DNA of 39,810 nt, taken from contig NW_021835492.1 in assembly GCF_006345805.1 (NCBI RefSeq), positions 1 through 39,810 of the forward strand. The letters run 5' to 3'. This stretch comes from Octopus sinensis (taxonomy: Eukaryota). The notes beneath the pieces are model-generated. The model saw only the letters and a program-made list of their open reading frames with translations, was not told the DNA's origin and searched no databases. Shown here in pieces: positions 23,547-35,050 of the stretch. Both the position numbers and the translations under genes were made by a program. The stretch's first letter is position 1. Every line of letters begins with the position of its first letter.

Positions 23547-24481
23547 ATGTCCTCGTACAAAGGTTATGTAAAGAATAGTTTGGAATATCAAATTTTAAAA
23601 GATGTTTTACAGGATAAATTTCCTGAACATCTTACAAAGCAAAAAAAATATAGACTAGTTAAGAAAATTGAAAATTTTACTGTAATTAATGAAAGGTATC
23701 ATACAAATTGTAAATGTATAGATTGTATCTTAAATGTGCGAATTCAGATCACAAGCTAGTGATTTGTCTGGACAATGAACCCGAAATGGAGATCGTTGCT
23801 AAAAGTTTGCATGACTTCTTGCATGGAGGAGTTAACAAAATTGAATATGAATGTCGACAACGATATTTCACAGTTAAAAATGAGATTATTCGAAAAGTAT
23901 TCGAAACTGTGAAATTGTAAATTTGCGCGACCCTTAAAAGTTTTAACTTTTTAAATCCTAGATTGGAGATATAAATAACCATGTCTTTGCATCTTGCCCA
24001 AATGAAAGATTTCAGATATATCTTATAGATCTGAAAAGTTTTTCTACTATAATAAAAATTTTAAATGGATTTTAACGGTCATTGACGTATATAGCAGGTT
24101 AGTTTTTTAACAATTTTTATAGATTTGCATTTGCGAGGCCGCTCTACACTAAGTCCTCAAATGAAGTTTGTGAAAACCTTATTTTTCTTAAATGGTCCGT
24201 GTCAATTTCTTCAGTCCGATAATGGGACTGAATTCAAGAATCGTGAAATGACCAATCTATGTGAGGAATTCAATATCAAACGAATTCACGGAAGGCCAAA
24301 CAATCCCCGCTCACAAGGGATTGTCGAACGCTTCAACCAGTCAATTACAAGAAAAATGGCAAAAATGATCGACAATGATAATAAAAAGTGGCTGGAAAAA
24401 TTAGAAAATGCAGTGTACAGTTATAACATTTCTGTCCACTCATCTTCTAATGAGAGCCTTTTGAAAGATACCGGGGAATAA
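23547..24481 (+). mobile_element. Degenerate Ginger/KRBA2-type DDE integrase (rve) with two micro-introns (23696-23721, 24098-24122)
   Basis: HDFLHGG...C..C zinc motif, WILTVIDVYSR|FAFARPL, LQSDNGTEF, GRPNNPRSQGIVERFN. First catalytic Asp appears as Tyr, with several frameshifts. No RT, gag or LTR seen; termini not found. Confidence 0.8.
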
Positions 24482-25209
24482 GTGGAATAAATACAATATT
24501 TTATGGTTGTAATTATAAAATTATTCCTTAGATAATCAAGTAATGATTTGTTGAGTCCTGATCAAGTCGATGATGCAAACAATTGTCCGAGTCTAATTGA
24601 AAATTCATGTAATTTGAATTTCTATATGTAGATGATTGTAATTATTCGTTTACAAGTCCGAAAAGATTGCGACTGAATAAGTTTGAATCTCCATTATCCA
24701 TCTGCAGAAATTATCAGTATTTTATCAAACAATCGCAAAAGTTAAGGCAAAAGTTAAGATTATCTGGAAATTCGATTTTTTGTTAAAAGAAATTAAGCAT
24801 ATATAGAAAGAAATTGAGAAATTGGCTGTTCCGTTTTTATTTGTATCGCTGTAAATATGTAGATTCATATATGCATTGTGTGTTATATTTTTGAATTGTC
24901 TTGAGGAATTAATTCGTAAAAATTAATAATGGACGCATTTTTGAACAATGCCGCAGTTCTATATCATGTTGTAAATTAATGAGTTCTAATTGAAACTTTG
25001 CAGGCGCATCCTTAATTTCCACGCTGAATGGAGTTGCGAATATTTTCATTAAAGGAAGGAATTCTTTAGAATTCTAAAAATTAAATTTATATAAATGTAT
25101 TCCAAAACGTGCTTCAAATTGGTTAATGAAATCACCAATTATGGATATGTTTAACCTTAAGAATGAATAATTAAATTTAAACATTATTAAAAAATTAAAA
25201 AAGTTAGTT

Positions 25210-25280
25210 ACTCTAGAGGGGCCGCAAAAAAAATCCTAGGGGCCACATGCGGCCCCGGGGGCCGCATTTGAGAACCGCTG
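25210..25280. mobile_element. Orphan terminus of a hAT (Charlie/Buster-like) element
   Basis: Ends TTTGAGAACCGCTG (reverse complement CAGCGGTTCTCAAA), followed by TTTTAGAC, which fits the nnnTAnnn target; GGCCC/GGGCC subterminal motifs. No partner end found in the window. Confidence 0.7.
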
Positions 25281-25744
25281 TTTTAGACCGTTTGCGCATT
25301 TAAGTTTTCTTCCAATTTCATTAAGATCCTTGTATAGAACAACAGAGGCTGGCCGGGTGTCTCGTGTGGCCTTTAATTAGCTTAGCTATCTTTTTACTTT
25401 AGATATCGTTATTATATTTTAAAAAAAAAGAACAACAGAAAGAGTCATTTTAGGTCTTCCTCTGAACGATGTTTTTTTCATTAGTAAAGTAATTGTTTAT
25501 TGTTATAAGTGTTAATATCCATTCTAAGCTCAGAACTAGATGCGGAGAATCAAACCGATGGAAATTGAAGATGACATTGTGTCAGAAAATGATCTGAAAT
25601 TGAAAACATGCATAACCTATATTCAATCAATAAATTTAGTCATAATTTGGCATATTTTTATATAGCAATCGACTGACTAAAAGTATAAGAGCAAAATGAA
25701 GACGTTGAATTAGAATAACTAATTAATTAACATAATGAGTTAAA

Positions 25745-26767
25745 TTATTCAGCATCCCTCTCAAATGGAATACACTCAACACAACTCAGAATATCACGCC
25801 CAATCGACTCCCTGCAAGCACAGAGCACTGACCGAGACAAAATGTCAACATTCCCCCCTGCAACTACAAACGGAGACAAAACCATTATAAGGATTTCACA
25901 CACACGCCCCCGCCTCCTGAGCTATAACCACCTGCCGCATAGTCCCAAACGTGTATTCCAAACTCCAAGTAAGCATCTGCCCGACCATCGGCGACATAGC
26001 ACATATTTAAGGCAGCACTTCCGTTCATTCGAATTCTGTCAAAATCAGTCAAGGAAGCACCCAGCGACTTTGCAAATGAGATTCCGGTTGTTGGAAATCT
26101 TTTGAAGAGATACACTCTCCGACCGCCACCCTCCGTACTCTGCAAGTACCAATGCTCGACTCAGTTCTACTTTTTGACCTCATTTGTTACCAGAAACTGA
26201 TGAGACTCGCATTTGTTGGCCATTTTTGAAGGCTCCCCGACCGGTGATGGCAGAAAACATTTCTTTGGTGGACGGATTGAAGACGACCCCACGACAGGCT
26301 GATCCGTTAGTCCAGAACTCACCTTCTTCTGGAATGTCACTGCAATCGAGACACAAAAATTGGGAAAATTGTGAACAAGTTGGAGGTTCCGTCAATCGGG
26401 TCGACAATCCACGTGAATTCGTCTCCGAGTCCCCCACATTGGGCGATGGTCTCTTCGCCAATAAATCTAAAATAGGAACTGAGAGGGACCTGTGGTCTTT
26501 GAACTTTTGGTTTTGGTAGATGAGGGTTTTTATTTTGTTTTCTATTGCCCTGTCGGTCTCGGTGACCAAATCGCAGTAGGAGGATTTGAATTCGACTTTT
26601 AGTCCTGTTTGTATTGCCTCGAGCATCATCTAAGACTATTTTATGAATATACATCGCCAGCCATGGTGGCATATTCCTTGACTGCCCTTTCGATTTCTTC
26701 CAAGTCAGTCTTGGGGAGATTAGAAAATAAGTATAAATAGTGTGTATTATCTTAACAACCTCACCAT
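25745..26767 (-). CDS. IMPA: Inositol monophosphatase (IMPA family); micro-introns plus apparent homopolymer frameshifts
   Basis: DLVTETDRAIE, FIGEE, WIVDPIDGTSN, RMNGSAALNMCYVADGRADAYLEFGIHVWDYAAG, C-terminal IPFERDAE*; ATG at 26767 followed by a 55-nt first intron. Confidence 0.88.
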
Positions 26768-26987
26768 TAGAATTATAGTTTAAAATGAATTAACTAAATT
26801 AACAAAACTAGTTGCCTAATTAAGTTTTCAAACACACACAAAATTCAGCTTTTTTTACAAACTTTTTAAGATTCGACATTGGCTACCACACCTCAAAATT
26901 GGGTCGACATTCCTTAAAAACATGAATATTTGTAATGTGAATAAACATTAAAAAACAAAGCCAGTTAATTCCGAAAGTAATGAAATA

Positions 26988-28020
26988 TCAACAATTCGAT
27001 TCAAATAAAAGTGGAATGTATGACCCAGTCATCCTCCGCCCGGTGACTGGATCTGTCCTCGACAAAAAGGGGAAAGACGGGTCAGCAAAGAAGACAGAAT
27101 ACCCATTATCCACCAAACACTCCTCTTCACTCGCCACCCCCAATCGACCGTCCTCAACAACACTGCCCAGTCTATGAGGAGTCACACCCCCCGACAGCAT
27201 ATCCCCCACCATCCCCCTCATCACCTCACAATTCAGCCCTGATAGTTCTCATATCACTCAAACGTGGAATCAGCTCAGTCTCAACATTATATTCCGATAT
27301 ATCAAACACTTCCTGACAAAGCAGGGACTGGAGGATGACAGTCCCCACTCTGCGAAGTGATTCCCCCCACTGAGGAGTGCTCTCCTGGGGGTGGACGACC
27401 TGATAACTGACCTCCCCAAAGTCCCCCAGTTTGAAGAAGGCGTCGAACCCGAAGAACACATTGTCGGAGGATATGTCCCCATGAATTATGCCCAGTGAGA
27501 TGAGATACACCACAGCCTAAACTGCCAGGCCAGATTACCCTCGAAATGTCCACAAACAAGTCATGGCTGAGCATATCCCCCCGAAAATAGACCGACTGGA
27601 TGGTGTACATGCGAGTGAGACTGCCAGTCCTTCACTTGGCTAACCTGAGTTGACAGAGCTCTATTTGCATGTACAGTTGGCCTAATTGCACAAAGGCAGA
27701 GAAGAGGGACACACAGTTTGTGTGGGAAATGGTCGACATGGCTCGCACTTCTTCCAATCGGTGTTTTCTATGGTTAGAAGTGGGGTACTTTTCCTGGAGG
27801 GAGGAGAATGGCTGTGTGTACATTTTGATGGCGTACTTCTTTCCCTCACGTTTGGACTCGGCTGACCATATCTGCGGGTTATTGGGTGACCATACCAGGG
27901 TGTATGACCCAAACCCGATTCTCCGAATATTTTTAAACTCCTGTTCGAGGTATGGGTTGTGCAGTCGGCAGTCACGTTTATTCCCCTTAAGGTAACATTT
28001 AAAGTGACCTACCGAATACT
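26988..28020 (-). CDS. Myt1/Wee1-like protein kinase, degenerate C-lobe; start codon unresolved
   Basis: YLEQEF..IRRIGFGSY, YAIK, EEV, LYMQIELC, IIHGDISSDNVFFG, KLGDFG, co-linear with PKMYT1 after removing 21-25-nt introns; both ends approximate. Confidence 0.75.
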
Positions 28021-28081
28021 GGGTATAGTTTATTTCAGTAGTAGAATATAATCAATTTCCCCATAAGTAGTGTCATTAGGG

Positions 28082-30256
28082 CAGTGTTTCTCAACCTTTT
28101 TTCCCTGAGGCCCATTTTCAGGGTCATATAAAATCTCAGGCCCATTGCCTTTAATAAAACTTTGATTAACAAAAAAGTATTTTTATTAACATAAAAAATC
28201 TTATTAAAATGTCAATGACTACACTGCTCTTGATGTCTATCTATCAATTTGTCAAGTTGAATTTCCAGATCTTGGTTCAACCTCAAACGTAAGTCTCCTC
28301 TCTTCTCAATCTGCAATTGATTGCGTTTTTTTGTGAGTAAATCGTTTGTTGCAGAAAATCCTGTCTCAACCAACCAAGTGGTGGGAAAGCCAAGTACAAA
28401 CGGAACAACTTTTTCAAAGAGTAATGGATGAATCGATTCTACTTTCATCCATCCATATAAGCCATCCCTTTCAATATTTTTCATTAATACTTTGTTCTCC
28501 TTCAGTTCAAGAAGTTCTCCAGCAATAATAGGATCAATGTCTTTTTCACTTAATACGTCAAAATGTGCTATATCTATAATCCAACTAGGCGGATTCATTT
28601 CGATGATATCTTTAAATCTTCTAGTCATATCTTCTTTCAAGCATTTCAAGTGGTCAGTGCAGCTTGCGATTACTTCTGAGCTCGGAGCAGTTTTGGCAAA
28701 ATTACAAAAATAAGCAAATTCATTTTTTTGAAGATGCATCTTCCAGAGACATAACTTGTTCAAAAAAGAGCGTACTTTCTCAGCACTATCTATCAGATTA
28801 GCATTTCGCCCTTGCAGTGTCATGTTCAGTTGGTTGACATGTGCGAATAAGTCAGCCAGGTAAAAAATCCTTGCTTTTGTATCGTTGTTATTTATCACTG
28901 AAAACAAAGTCTCAGCTTTATCTTTCTGCTTCTTGCTACAAGCTTGTGTTTTATGTCATGAACAAAAATAAGAACCATATCCCACATTTCAGCAAGACGA
29001 ACTAGGGAATTTCCTTTGGAAAGCCATCTCACTTCAGTGTGCATGAGGAGTCTCTGGTGGTCCTCATGTTCACATAAATGTTGAAATAGGCGGTCATGCA
29101 AAGCATTGGCTTTGACAAAATTCACTGTTGAAACAGCGACTTTCAATGCATGTTCCATGTCATCATTGAGAGATTTAGCACAAAGATGTTCTCGATGGAT
29201 GATGCAATGAATTGCCAATATATGAGGGGCAACTTTTTTTAATTTAGCTACAAAGCCATTCTGTTTGCCGGTCATAGCGCTGGCACCGTCTGTTGCAATC
29301 TGCAACAGATTTGACAGAGGGATCCCATTATCGTACAGATAGTCGTAAACAGCCGCATATATAGTGTCGCTTCGTGTGTCAATCAACTTTTTTATAAATA
29401 ACATTTCTTCATGAATTGCCATTGCATCAATATATCGGACATAAGTAAGTAATAAGGCAGAATTGTTGATTGTTGTCTCATCAATTTGTAGTGAGAACTT
29501 AGAAACTTTTAATTTTTCCACAAGCTGTTTCTCGAGGTTTTCTGCCATTTCAATTTGCCTTCTCTTCACTGTGTCATTAGACAATGGGATTTTTTGTAGA
29601 ATGTTGGCAGCCTGTTCTCCTAGCAGTTCTTTAGCACAGATCAACATTGCTGGCTTCACCAGACGTTCTGCAATTGTATGTGGCTTCCCCACCTTAGCAA
29701 CCAGTTCACTCACTGCATAACTGACTTTTAGTGTCTTGTTATTATGCTCATTTGCTTTTTTTAAGCAGAATTCTAAAGTTTTTGGAGCATTCTTTTGGCG
29801 TAACTCCACTTTCTTCCTGAAATAGCTGCGCTCCTTTCCAACAGAAGCAGGATGCTTCAACTGTTGATGGGCGAACAATTTTGATTTCTTCATGGAAACA
29901 TTTGTCATTACTAAGCCACAGTCCACACATTCAGGCCTCTTAGAATCAGCACTTGATGGGATGAAGCCTAGTAATAAAAAATCAGTCTGGTATTTGCGTG
30001 TAGTCTTCCTTTTTCCTTGTGTACTTTTGACATGAACTATACAATCAGGCCTATAATATTTAAATTTAAATATGACAATATCATTAAATTAAAAACAAAT
30101 CAAATCAATTTGAAAATAATAACGAATAAAGATTTATTAGTATTAGTATTAACATATTTTCTTGAGGCCCACTCCAGGCCCAATTAAATCTTCAGGCCCA
30201 TTTCAAAATTTCTCAGGCCCACAAGTGGGCCTGGGGCCCAACGTTGAGAAACACTG
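28082..30256 (-). mobile_element. hAT superfamily, Buster-type DNA transposon, 2,175 bp, both ends intact
   Basis: Perfect 14-bp TIR CAGTGTTTCTCAAC; flanks CATTAGGG (28074-28081) and ACTTAGGG (30257-30264), both nnnTAnnn; GGCCC subterminal repeats at both ends. Confidence 0.95.
28212..30033 (-). CDS. Buster/hAT transposase, about 607 aa if two 1-nt A-run deletions are corrected
   Basis: BED finger (PECVDC...HQQLKH), FSLQIDETT, ATDGASAM, HCIIHRE, EVRWLS, LVETGFS; frames break only in A-runs near 30025 and 28945. Confidence 0.88.
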
Positions 30257-30370
30257 ACTTAGGGCAGCATATGCAAAGTACGCAACCACACTAGAACTTA
30301 TTCAAATATCCGCCGCAATCAAATAAATTTATTAATTAATTTGAGATAAAATTCAAAAGTCCTTGTAAAA

Positions 30371-31769
30371 TTATAAAGACTATAGAAATATAAAATCGAA
30401 CTAAAAAAGAGTCAGTTTCAATTGCCACGGCGTTGAGGGGATTCACCGAGTTCCAAATAAAAGATCAAAGCCAACCAATATCCGGATGACGTCATCACCA
30501 TCGACAATCCTGGGAAGTGTGTACTCCCCTTCTGAATAGCACAAGGACAGTCCAGCCAACCCATACATCGTGTGATACAAATCAGCCACCCTACAGTCCC
30601 CAGAATGACTAACGTGCCAGGCTTGTCCCTCAGTCCGTCCCCCGTCTGTCCACAACACACCAAATACTGCGACAGTCCAGCTGGAATAATCAGACTGGCC
30701 TACCACAACTGAACAGTCCTCCACCCCCCAACGCCCGAACGAGTGAGAACATGAGCTGCCCCAACCCAGAAGGAGTAGCAGGTGTCCACCAACTTATTGG
30801 GTCGTCCATTGAAGCCCCCTCGAAGCACATTTGTCTCCGACTCAGCCACCGCTGAATGTCACCACTCCACTCACCAACAGACCAGACAAATCACATTTCC
30901 CTTCTTCCCCAATAATTGTCAGACCCGCAATGGCACAGAAGGAGTATGAGCCGTGTGCCTCTGCTTGAGGGACAGCCCCGAACCCCCCTTCGTATGTCTG
31001 GCACTGGAGGATGTAATCGGCCACTCCCTCGGTCAGTTGGGGGTCGAGGATGTCCAGGCATTGGGCAATGGAGAGGACACAGTAGGAGGCTCTGCATTCG
31101 AGGGAATGGACTACCGAATGTCCACTTCCCCGTCCTGTTGGAGGCAGAACGAGCCGTCGGGGAGTTTCAGGCTTAGAAGAAAGTTTTTCATTTTTTGTTT
31201 GTCGACGTGATGGAGGGCGTGTAGGAGGGAGAGGGTGTTTATGGCTGCATAGGAGGAGGCCACATGTCCGAGTTGTCCCTTTCCGCCTTGAAATACATTA
31301 TAATGATAAAATACCTCCGAAACCTCCGCTTTGTGGGTCATATGAGTCATCGATTATAAACTTGATGGCTCTAACATTGTCATGTCAATTTAAACTGATT
31401 TCTCACTTTCGGAGGCAAGGACACCCCCAAAATAGCCAGAGAATTCAAAATCCAAAAGCAAAGCCACGATTGACTGCAACTAAGTTTCTAATTCTCAAAT
31501 AATAAGCACATACTTCGAGGCAGGAAGGCAGATGTTTAATAGATTTGAGCAAATTATTCGAAATGGATTTATATTTGAGAACATATGCATTTTTGTCCAA
31601 ACTAAACTTGCAATAATGAGTGTACTTTTCATTAAGGTACTCATGGAATGCTCTCGAACACAACTTCTCTGTTGATTCCTGTCATTCATTAAGGGGAATT
31701 AACTTGGTGAATATGTGTGGGGGTCGTCCCCCCTTTTGTTCGGTTTTTAAACTGACAAATTCGATACAT
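30371..31769 (-). CDS. FNTB: Protein farnesyltransferase beta subunit; micro-introns; 3' end approximate
   Basis: WLCFWILNSL, GQLGHVASSYAAIN, GEVDIR, CQTYEGGFGAVPQAEAHGSYSFC, RQMCFEGG.NGRPNKLVDTCYSFW, GLRDKPG, DLYHT; ATG 31769. Confidence 0.88.
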
Positions 31770-31845
31770 TCGTCGCACCTCACTCAACACAATTTATTAA
31801 GGCTAACTATTTAATTAACTTTATTAAATAGTCCTACTAAAATTG

Positions 31846-32186
31846 ATGAACTGCACCAATGAAGAGAATTTGATATCTACGTCAGGAATTCTTAAGCTGA
31901 CGCCTAACTCTGTGCTCGATAAACCTCCTCCTGACGTTCACCCTTCTAAATTGCTTCTCGATCGTTCAGCTCAGACAAACTTGGCTCGTTTCCATCCTCA
32001 TTAAACCACTATGCACATAAAATGGACATTTCGATTTCCCCCTTTTGTCCCATTTGCTGTGCTGACGAAGACACAACTGCCCATCTATTCCGCTCTATTC
32101 CGATCTTAATTTGTCATTCACTCCCTGGAGGTCCTATGGGAGCAAACTTGGAGGACGCTGTTGTTTCTGCTGGTCTCATTATCTAA
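31846..32186 (+). mobile_element. 5'-truncated non-LTR retrotransposon ORF2 3' fragment spanning position 31991
   Basis: KPPPDVHPSKLLLDRSAQTNLARF, then after a frameshift LNHYAHKMDISISPFCPICCADEDTTAHLF and SLEVLWEQ, resembling LINE ORF2 C-termini. Confidence 0.65.
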
Positions 32187-32236
32187 TGCTAGGTGAAATG
32201 ACACAAAACAACACAAATTAAATAACAGAAAAAAAA

Positions 32237-35050
32237 TCATGCAGAAGGATATGCAGACAGTAATTCGTTATAAAATTCTGTCATTTTGTCCAAATATATG
32301 GATAGAGTGTCCATAATATCCACTACAGGCTGGGCTTCCGTGCTGGGAAGGACTACGGGAATACTCTCTATAATTTTGATTAAATCTTTAGTCGTCGTGA
32401 CGACCATATTCTTCAATATGTCGAGAAAGTCAGTATTAATTGGCACAATCGAGTTGGCCACTGCCCTTATCTTGTGTCGCATATTGTCCATCTGATTACT
32501 TACACTCTTAACCACTCCTTTGCACTTTTCCACGTACTCCTCCGCAGATGGACACGACTCCTAAACATGACCCTCTCCATTCACCATCGGAGACACTTCC
32601 ATGAATGACTGACCACTTGACACAGCCACCACACACTCCGACGATTTGCGGGCTAACCTACACATCACCCGACCAGTCAAACATGTTCAAATCAACCACC
32701 TCGGTCAATGCGGGCAACTATGAATGTAACCACCTCGGAATACCTCGTCCATCAAATCCAATGGAAATGACTCCATTTTATTTAGGAGGGCCTTACAGTC
32801 ACGAATGATTGCTTACACTTTTGAAATCAATCACCTCCTTGTTGTATTTCAGCAATGCTCGCAAACGAATTGTCTGACTGACACTCATCTGACTGGCCAG
32901 TTCGTTAATACTCCGAATTCTCTCATCGAACGGGAAGGGTTGGGAGTGGTACTCGGGCAATGGGGAGACCACCTCCATCCCCGGCACTTCCAACCCTCCG
33001 AACAAGTCCCTTTTCAACACCTGTTCGATCTCTCCCTTACAGATATATAATTCGACACAACCAGGTGAGATATGAGCTCATTCGTGAATTTTGTGTCATC
33101 ATCCCCCATTCTTCCACGGAATTGTTCCAAGTCCATCTCCAACAGGCGAAGACCCTCCAAGTCTGATCGGACACACTCTCTCAGTCCATTCTCGAGTGGG
33201 TCAACAGGAGGGACACGTGATAACTCGTGTTTGGGAGCACATTCAATGAGATCCAACACCGTTTGTTTGGCATCATCCATAAATTGTTTTAAATGAACAA
33301 TTCCCAACTGTCTCTTCTCCTCGTGGGCAATAAACTCACATTTGGTGGAGTGGAGACCCACAGCCCGCTCATGAGAACGAATAATTTTGCGAGACAACTG
33401 TCATTATTAGGCCAATAACCCACCTTGTTGACTGTACGCCTCGATTTGTAACTGGCACGTTCGTATGTATTGAACTGGGAGTCCAATTCGCCCACCCGTG
33501 CTGTCGAGGCTGCCAGTTTGTCCCCCAAAGTGTTGGAAATGGACTCCAATTGGGCCACAGTCTTCTTGGCAATGTCCAACTCGGCCTCCTTCTCCCTGAG
33601 AACACACGTCCTCGCATTGAATTGGTCATCAATCTCAAGTAGTGAGTACGTAACCAACCATTTGAATACTCTCGACAGCCAACTGATAACATTCCTCCAA
33701 ATAGGCGACAGTCTTAGCCTGGTGGGACAGTTCGAGGGTGAATTCCCTGGGAGTTAATGACAGGAGTACTCAAAGTCGTCCTCCTTCATCAACACCCCCT
33801 TCCCCGTCGTGGCACATGTCAGTTGCTCCTTCAGTCGGTCGATCTCCCGTTCGAACATCTCCAATACACCACTCATCCAAACCTCCAGCAAACTGCCTCG
33901 TTGGAAGTCCTCGTTCACTTGTGGCTTGTTTTCGATTGTTTCTGCCAGACTGGCATACTCCAGTGTGCTCAGAGTCTCCTCGAATGACGAGGTGGATGGG
34001 GATATCGTGGCTATTATCGTCGTCCGAGTACGCCCGCCCAACGAATCTTCAAGAATCCTCGTCAGTTTGCTCTCTCGGTAGGGAATGTGCTTGGCCTTTT
34101 CAGTCAGAGCTGTGATCACTCGTCCCAATGTCAGCAAACTCTGATTTATCTTCCCTACCGAATCACTCAACCCAAATAACCTGCTTCCCGTGCACGTTGG
34201 TTAACCGACCCCGATCTCCCCACATTCTCACTCCCCGCCAAATCCACCAAATTAAACTTGCTTGTTTTGACCACCCTTTCTCCATTATGTGAGTGGAAGG
34301 AGTGGAGGGTCACCACGAACACAGCATGTGACCGACTACACTCACATCCACGCCTACCTCGACTTTTGATTGCACTCCGTCGCCCCCACTTGACGGTTCC
34401 TGACCCCCAATTGGAGTTGTCTGTACATTTGGTCTCGTCCTTCCACTCTGACCTGCGTCACTCCCTTGATGACCACCGAATTGGCCTACTGATGGGCATT
34501 ACTCACAACTTTGGAGGTTATGTCCCGAAAGAGACTCAATTTGGAGACACACTGGGAGAACAGGTCGAAAATCTCCTCGTTGTATATCTCGATGTAGGAC
34601 ATCTCGATGTAGCCGTCTTTGTCCTGCAGTGAGACACCAACCATGCCTTTGTGAGGTCAAACAAGTCTGAGAGGACTCGGGGGATTATTCCCGCGTCTTT
34701 GCAAAGTCCGGACTCGGAGGATTCCAGATTGCCCTCCATTGTGTGGGTCTTTCCGGAGGCAGTCTGTCCGTAGGCAAACACAGTGCAGTTGTACCCCGTG
34801 TGGACATCTTGGACCATTGGGGAGACAATGTTGTTGTAGACGTCCTCTTGGGTGGTTAGATGGTCAAATATCTCTGAGAACTGGTATGTCTTCCGTCTGT
34901 CAAAAGAGGGGTCGAGTATATATAGTTCGTTACTATTCTCGATTCTTAACATTTTTGATTTGTTTTCTTTCTTGTTTAGTGGTCTATTTTCTGTAAAAAT
35001 AACTTTTACCTTATTCGTACGAAGGATTTGATACGCTCACAAGACTCCAT
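32237..35050 (-). CDS. KIF11: Kinesin-5, second copy
   Basis: Same exon structure at offset 31990; six SNPs (three synonymous, one intronic, L>F, A>P under the splice model). Confidence 0.92.

Noticed and set aside
23547-24481. LTR retrotransposon or retrovirus
   Set aside because: Integrase only; no gag, protease, RT or LTRs, and introns are incompatible with an RNA intermediate.
25247-25267. Perfect 10-bp GC hairpin as a terminator or structured RNA
   Set aside because: It is the usual GGCCC/GGGCC subterminal palindrome 13 bp from a hAT TIR.
25745-26767. IMPA, FNTB and Ras A copy 1 as pseudogenes
   Set aside because: Lesions are almost all 1-nt losses in homopolymers (one apparent 2-nt GT loss in IMPA), catalytic motifs are intact, and Ras A is intact in the other copy.
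28074-30264. TTAGGG on both sides of the Buster element as telomere-targeted insertion
   Set aside because: Only single hexamers that are part of the target duplication and fit the ordinary nnnTAnnn preference; no telomeric array.
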